64,000 nt of DNA from a virus. Lineage: Duplodnaviria > Caudoviricetes. Below are positions 59,088-64,000 of this stretch, piece by piece. The stretch lies in IMG/VR virus record IMGVR_UViG_3300005686_000008; one strand, 5' to 3'. How positions within the stretch are numbered: position 1 is the stretch's first letter; each line of letters opens with the position of its first letter. The notes below the pieces were generated by a model, which saw nothing but the letters and a program-made list of their open reading frames with translations, was not told where the DNA came from and did no database searches. The translations under genes and the position numbers were made by a program.

Positions 59088-60996
59088 TCCTGAGCAACAA
59101 GAAGCAGTAGATCATGTGCAGGGACCGTGCTTTGTTTGCGCTTGCCCTGGTTCTGGTAAAACCAGAGTTATAGTTGAGCGAGTATTTAGTCTCATAGATA
59201 AAGGGTTTAGCCCTCGTAGTCTTCTTTGTATTACGTTTACAAATAAGGCTGCAAATGAGATGAAAGAAAGAATCTGCAAAAAACTAGGCACTACTGGTCA
59301 AGATATTTACATTAGCACTTTCCACGCCCTATGCGCCACGATATTGAGAAAATACGGCGGTTCTATTGGTTATGGACTTAATACGACAATCCTTGATGAT
59401 GACGATCAGGAAGGATTGATGGCTCAATGCGCTAGACAAGCCGGATTTGAATGGAATGCTAAGCAGATCAGGGATCTTCTATACAAGGTCAATAATTTAC
59501 GAGAAAGCCTTACTAAAGATGATGAAATTGTTGATAATTTCAAGATTAGAGAAGAGGGAGAGATTTGCTTAGAGTATATCAAAAGAATGAGGAGAAACAA
59601 TCAGATAGATTTTAGCGGTCTTCTATCTGAAACTGTAAGACTTCTTGAAAAGGATCAAGAAGTGCTTAACAAACTTCAGACTCGTTTTGATTTTATTCAA
59701 GTTGATGAGGCGCAAGACACAAACTATGCACAGTTTAGGATTGTGCAGCTTATAGGCGCTCATAATAACGTTCTCATAGTTGGAGATCCGGATCAGGGTA
59801 TCTATTCTTGGAGAGGCGCAAGATACCAGAACATCGAGGACTTTGTTTCGCAAAATAAGGCAAAGGTTATTGGTTTACCAAGGAACTATAGGTCTACTCC
59901 TGAGATTATTACAACAGCGTCCAATCTTATCAAGTTCAATAAGAACAGGCAGCAAAAGTTGGAGTTTAGAACTGATAATCCTAACGGGAAGCCTGTTGAA
60001 TGTTATTGTCTTCCAACGCCAGAACAAGAAGGTGCATGGATTGCTCATAAGATAAGCGATATGATTGAGAAAGAGGGATATAAGCCTCATGACTTTGCAG
60101 TTCTTTACAGAGTCAATGCTATGTCTAGGGCTATTGAGCAAGGAATGATTACTTGCGGATTGTCTTATCAAATTATTGGAGGTTTTAGCTTCTTTGACCG
60201 AACCGAAATCAAAGATTGTTTGGCGATGCTTCGATTCCTTGTTAATCCTTTTGATGGAACCGCCTTGGCTCGGTTTATTCAAAAACCATCTAGAAGAATT
60301 GGAGAAGTTGCTATTGGAAAGATAGAAAACTTTGCTGATGAAAATGGAATCAATCTAATAGAATCAATGAAGAGAGCTGGTGAGTATTTTACAACCGGCC
60401 ACGATAGGGCTAGAGTTATTAAGGGATGCGAAGAGGTTGTTAAGGCTTTTGATTTCAATAGAGATGGCATGTCTATTGGAGAGGTGCTGCATAACCTTGT
60501 TACTAGACTTGATTATTATAAGTTTTTGGAGTCTAAGTATGAGTCCAAAGAGCTTGATGATAGGAAAGATAACGTACAAGAACTTATAAACGCTTGCGCC
60601 TTGTATACTCAACAAAGAAACAATAGTATAGCCGAATATTTAGCTTCTATTGCTTTGCAAACTTCGGCTGATAAGAAGACTGAAGAGAACTGCGTTTCTC
60701 TTATGTCTTTGCATGCTTCTAAGGGTCTTGAATTCCCGGTCGTATTTATGCCGGGACTAGAAGAGGGACAGCTTCCTCACAAGAGAGCCTTGATGGAAAG
60801 AGACGGCCTTGATGAGGAAAGAAGGCTTTGTTATGTTGGCATGACTAGGGCAGAGAAGAGACTTTTCGTATCTTATGCGGATGCGAGAATGCAGAAGTAT
60901 CAAAACGGCGCTGTTCAGTTTGCGAATAGTAAGAGAAGTAGATTTTTGGATGAATCTGGTTTAGCGCAAGGTATCAAAAAGCTCCGCGCAAGTTAA
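59032..60996 (+). CDS. uvrD: UvrD/PcrA superfamily 1 helicase
   Basis: LNPEQ, CPGSGKT, TFTNKAA, DEAQD, VGDPDQ.IY.WRGA, NYRS, HASKGLEF, EERRL.YVGMTRA. Confidence 0.95.
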   Translation: MSQDQGQSLVQGARKIFLNPEQQEAVDHVQGPCFVCACPGSGKTRVIVERVFSLIDKGFSPRSLLCITFTNKAANEMKERICKKLGTTGQDIYISTFHALCATILRKYGGSIGYGLNTTILDDDDQEGLMAQCARQAGFEWNAKQIRDLLYKVNNLRESLTKDDEIVDNFKIREEGEICLEYIKRMRRNNQIDFSGLLSETVRLLEKDQEVLNKLQTRFDFIQVDEAQDTNYAQFRIVQLIGAHNNVLIVGDPDQGIYSWRGARYQNIEDFVSQNKAKVIGLPRNYRSTPEIITTASNLIKFNKNRQQKLEFRTDNPNGKPVECYCLPTPEQEGAWIAHKISDMIEKEGYKPHDFAVLYRVNAMSRAIEQGMITCGLSYQIIGGFSFFDRTEIKDCLAMLRFLVNPFDGTALARFIQKPSRRIGEVAIGKIENFADENGINLIESMKRAGEYFTTGHDRARVIKGCEEVVKAFDFNRDGMSIGEVLHNLVTRLDYYKFLESKYESKELDDRKDNVQELINACALYTQQRNNSIAEYLASIALQTSADKKTEENCVSLMSLHASKGLEFPVVFMPGLEEGQLPHKRALMERDGLDEERRLCYVGMTRAEKRLFVSYADARMQKYQNGAVQFANSKRSRFLDESGLAQGIKKLRAS

Positions 60997-61021
60997 CTCG
61001 TATCTCCTGTCGATACTCCTG

Positions 61022-62017
61022 ATGAAGGAGAATCACTTGAGCTACGAACTAATATGCGATAATGTAATTGACGGTCTCGGACAAGTCAAATCAAAATCTG
61101 TTCATAGTATTATTACGTCTCCTCCATACTATAATCTTAGAGATTATGAGTATGGTTCTCAAATAGGCCTTGAAAAAACTCCTGAAGAGTACGTTGAAAG
61201 GCTTGTTTCTGTTTTTTCTGCTGCAAAAAACGTTCTTAGAGATGATGGTACTGTTTGGCTCAATGTTGGAGACACATACGCTTTTTCGAAGGGTAATGGC
61301 TATAAAAAGGGAGACTTGCTCGGGGTTCCTTGGATGTTGGCGTTCGCCCTAAGAAAAGATGGATGGTTTTTGAAGAGCGACATTATTTGGGCAAAGCCGA
61401 ATCCTCTTCCGGGAGGGGTCACTGACAGACCAGTATCTTCTCATGAATATCTTTTTCTATTATCTAAGTCAGAAGACTATTTCTACGATCAAGAAGCTAT
61501 AAAAGAATCTGCCGTAGAGAAAAATAAAGATGGAACTTTCAAGAAAAGAATAAAGAGAGATGTTTGGACGGTTCCTGTTGCATCTTTTAAGGGCGCTCAT
61601 TTTGCTGTATTTCCAACGAAACTTGTTGAACCATGTATTTTGGCCTCAACTAGCGAATATGGGTGTTGTTCAGAGTGCGGCGCTCCATATATAAGACAGA
61701 TACATAAAAAGAGATATGCAACTAGGCCAGGGCGTCATAATAAGAAAGATAAGACAGGATTTGTTAACCGAGATTCCGGTAGACACCTTACAGATACGAG
61801 TACAATTGGATGGAAGAAAAGTTGTTCATGTAACTCTGATACCGTGTCTAGTTGTGTTGTTATGGATTTGTTTTGCGGGTCTGGTACGACAGGTGTAGTA
61901 GCTTTAAGGAATAGGCGAAAGTTTATAGGGATAGACGGAAAGCAAGAATATATTGATTTGGCTAATAATAGGTTGATTAGGGAAAAACAAGTCTTTGAGG
62001 AAACAAATGCATCTTAG
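61022..62017 (+). CDS. DNA methyltransferase, beta class (SPPY, probably N4-C) with Cys insert
   Basis: TSPPYY, IIWAKPN, HFAVFP, CSECG...CSC, DLFCGSGTTG. Confidence 0.9.
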   Translation: MKENHLSYELICDNVIDGLGQVKSKSVHSIITSPPYYNLRDYEYGSQIGLEKTPEEYVERLVSVFSAAKNVLRDDGTVWLNVGDTYAFSKGNGYKKGDLLGVPWMLAFALRKDGWFLKSDIIWAKPNPLPGGVTDRPVSSHEYLFLLSKSEDYFYDQEAIKESAVEKNKDGTFKKRIKRDVWTVPVASFKGAHFAVFPTKLVEPCILASTSEYGCCSECGAPYIRQIHKKRYATRPGRHNKKDKTGFVNRDSGRHLTDTSTIGWKKSCSCNSDTVSSCVVMDLFCGSGTTGVVALRNRRKFIGIDGKQEYIDLANNRLIREKQVFEETNAS

Positions 62018-62771
62018 GGATTTCGCTAATAAACATAAAGGTAAACTAGCTTTTATAGCAGGAGCCGGTCCTTCTCTTAGGCACTTTGAGACTGATGGGC
62101 TAAAGGATTACGTTGTTTTTACGGCCAATTCTGCTTTGCTCAAGTTTCCTAATTGTGACTATTTTGTTACAGACGATCAAGGCGTAAGCACTTGGAACTA
62201 TTGGTGTATTACCGCAAGAGATAGTCATTGTACTAAGTTCTTGTACAGAGAAAAACTAGTAACTCACACAAGCCATCTTAGGCCAGAAGAGGTTGTTTTC
62301 TTTGATCATGTTGGTTGGGCTAGCGGTTCTCCAAACGGATTGATCTATCATAAAGAAAATGTTATCATGACTGATGATCCTGAAAGGCCGATTATGGGGT
62401 CCAGAACATCCGCTGCATCAGCAATGCATATTGCTTATATTATGGGTTGCGATCCAATCGTTTTGATTGGAATGGACGGGTGTTATGATGGGAGAAATAG
62501 ATACTATTGGCAGTTTCCAAATCAACCTAAAGCAATAGAGTACAATAACAAAGTCTTTTCTGTGCCAAATAAAGGTTTGTTGAGAGACAAGCCTGTTGAT
62601 TTTCACTGTATTGCGTATGACTTGTATTGGAGCCATTTTGCAGAAATGAATCCAGAATTGCTTAAGGGTCGCATATTGTATTCTTGTGATAGTGGAATCG
62701 TGAATATCTTTCCGAAGATGTCGATTACAGAAGTGATGGAAAAGTTTGGTGAAAGGAAGAAAAATGCCTAA
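62007..62771 (+). CDS. Maf/DUF115 (MptE-like) putative glycosyltransferase
   Basis: HKGK.AFIAGAGPSL, TAN, RTSAA.AMHIAYIMGC.PIVLIGMD; GAGG SD before ATG 62007. Confidence 0.75.
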   Translation: MHLRDFANKHKGKLAFIAGAGPSLRHFETDGLKDYVVFTANSALLKFPNCDYFVTDDQGVSTWNYWCITARDSHCTKFLYREKLVTHTSHLRPEEVVFFDHVGWASGSPNGLIYHKENVIMTDDPERPIMGSRTSAASAMHIAYIMGCDPIVLIGMDGCYDGRNRYYWQFPNQPKAIEYNNKVFSVPNKGLLRDKPVDFHCIAYDLYWSHFAEMNPELLKGRILYSCDSGIVNIFPKMSITEVMEKFGERKKNA

Positions 62772-63225
62772 GAAGAGAGCAAAGAAAGTAAAAGCTAGAC
62801 TAGTTAGAAAACCAGGCGGAGCGTATTTGACAACAAATAAGAAGCCTAGAAAAATATCTGCTAAAAACTTAGTAAAAGCAATTATGAATCTTATGACTCG
62901 TATAAACGAAGAAGAAATCAATAAGGCTATTGATCAGTATGAGGAAAATAAGAGTAAGACCATAAAAGAAAATCTAGAAATATGGGAAAAAAATAGGGTA
63001 GATATGGATTTGAATGGTCCAAAGTTTGAGCATTCAAAAGAAAAGGTATGGATAGACTTGAACGAGCAGAGAATCAATGAGGCGATTCAGTCTATTACAA
63101 AAGCTATGTCTAACATAACTGTTGAAAGTTCTGCTAGTAACAAGAGAACAGCTCTTAATGACGTTTATAGTGCTGTTGTTAAGTTCTTTGACATGTGCCC
63201 TGATGTTGATATTGATTTTTCATAA
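62764..63225 (+). CDS. Hypothetical protein with basic N-terminus
   Basis: AAGGA SD before ATG 62764. Confidence 0.55.
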   Translation: MPKKRAKKVKARLVRKPGGAYLTTNKKPRKISAKNLVKAIMNLMTRINEEEINKAIDQYEENKSKTIKENLEIWEKNRVDMDLNGPKFEHSKEKVWIDLNEQRINEAIQSITKAMSNITVESSASNKRTALNDVYSAVVKFFDMCPDVDIDFS

Positions 63226-63242
63226 GGTTTGGGAGAAGAGTT

Positions 63243-63983
63243 ATGGCAGGCGAAGGTAGTACATTTGCTTTTATTCCAGCAAAAACCTGTTCTGTAGGAC
63301 TTCCTTATAAGTTGTTTAGGAAAATTGGTCCGCATTCTTTGATTGAATGGACTATCCTTGCTGCAATAAAGAGTTGTTACATTGATGTTATCTTTGTTTC
63401 ATCTAATGACCCGTTTATCAAAGAAGTAGTAGATAGATTTGCAAAAAGAGTCAAGCCTATATACTTTATTAGAAGGCCTGATGAACTGTGTACGGCTACA
63501 AGTAAAACTGAAGAAGCCATTTCTCATTTATTATCTACAAATGATTTGGCAAAGAAGTTTGATAACATGATAATGCTACAAGCGACTTCTCCTGCCAGAA
63601 GAAATAACCTTATAGACTCTTGTTTCAATAAACTTGGCAGTTCTGGGGCTGACAGCCTTCTCACTGTAAGTAGCCATACGCCTTTCTTTTGGATAGCGGC
63701 GCAAAACCAACATTCATATCTTGATAAATATAATCCATATCTTCCAACATATGATCTTGTAGCAAGACCTATGAGACAGGAACTCTCGGAAAAGGATATG
63801 TATTATCATGACAATGGCAACATATACATAACAAAGATAAAATCGTTTTTAGATACAAAATGTAGAGTTTCTGGTCATGTTGAAGTTTATCCAACGCAAA
63901 GATTTGAAAGTATGCAAATTGATACTCAGGAAGATTTGGATATAATGACAAGTCTCTACGAATATTATGGAACGTTTTTATGA
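63243..63983 (+). CDS. Acylneuraminate (CMP-nonulosonate) cytidylyltransferase, NeuA-like
   Basis: AFIPAK..S.GLP.K, LIEWTI.AA, RP.EL, LQATSP.R, RQEL, NG.IY, IDT.ED. Confidence 0.88.
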   Translation: MAGEGSTFAFIPAKTCSVGLPYKLFRKIGPHSLIEWTILAAIKSCYIDVIFVSSNDPFIKEVVDRFAKRVKPIYFIRRPDELCTATSKTEEAISHLLSTNDLAKKFDNMIMLQATSPARRNNLIDSCFNKLGSSGADSLLTVSSHTPFFWIAAQNQHSYLDKYNPYLPTYDLVARPMRQELSEKDMYYHDNGNIYITKIKSFLDTKCRVSGHVEVYPTQRFESMQIDTQEDLDIMTSLYEYYGTFL

Positions 63984-64000
63984 ATCAAATCAGTCCGGCT

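Noticed and set aside
155-63951. Numerous short minus-strand and nested ORFs in the track
   Set aside because: They are shadows of long + strand genes, with no recognisable motifs or SD sequences
1-64000. tRNA/rRNA genes and stop-codon reassignment
   Set aside because: No cloverleaf seen in the few intergenic gaps; genes are full length in the standard code and end in TAA, TGA or TAG

Overview
AT-rich, gene-dense segment that reads as part of a large (probably jumbo) dsDNA phage genome. All credible genes are on the + strand except one HNH-type endonuclease, and the standard genetic code gives long intact ORFs. Positions 1-26.5 kb encode five large, probably virion-associated proteins with beta-propeller, FN3, LamG, Kelch and vWA domains; one carries a GH56 hyaluronidase-like domain. 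Positions 26.5-31.9 kb encode three glycosyltransferases, a metallophosphoesterase and hypotheticals. Positions 32-61 kb are a replication/recombination module: SF2 helicase, IF-3, DnaC-like loader, DnaB, DnaE, gp32-like SSB, RecA, primase, Cas4-like nuclease, SpoVS, Gam-like protein and UvrD, with five DNA methyltransferases spread from 33.5 to 62 kb. The window ends in a Maf/DUF115-like gene and a CMP-nonulosonate synthetase. Most unusual points: (1) DnaE is split into two genes just before the catalytic PDIDxD, with no split intein, a partly duplicated palm segment, and a nuclease-MTase pair in between; (2) a free-standing, extein-less, apparently catalytically dead intein (Hint+LAGLIDADG) is kept as an intact gene; (3) the primase zinc-binding and TOPRIM domains are encoded 14 kb apart; (4) an HNH gene sits in the loop of an apparent ancestral terminator and supplies a replacement arm; (5) a CGA motif lies 11-12 nt upstream of four SD-less ATGs; (6) a vWA domain is interrupted by about 2000 aa. 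All family calls come from motif recognition by eye; no database searches were run.
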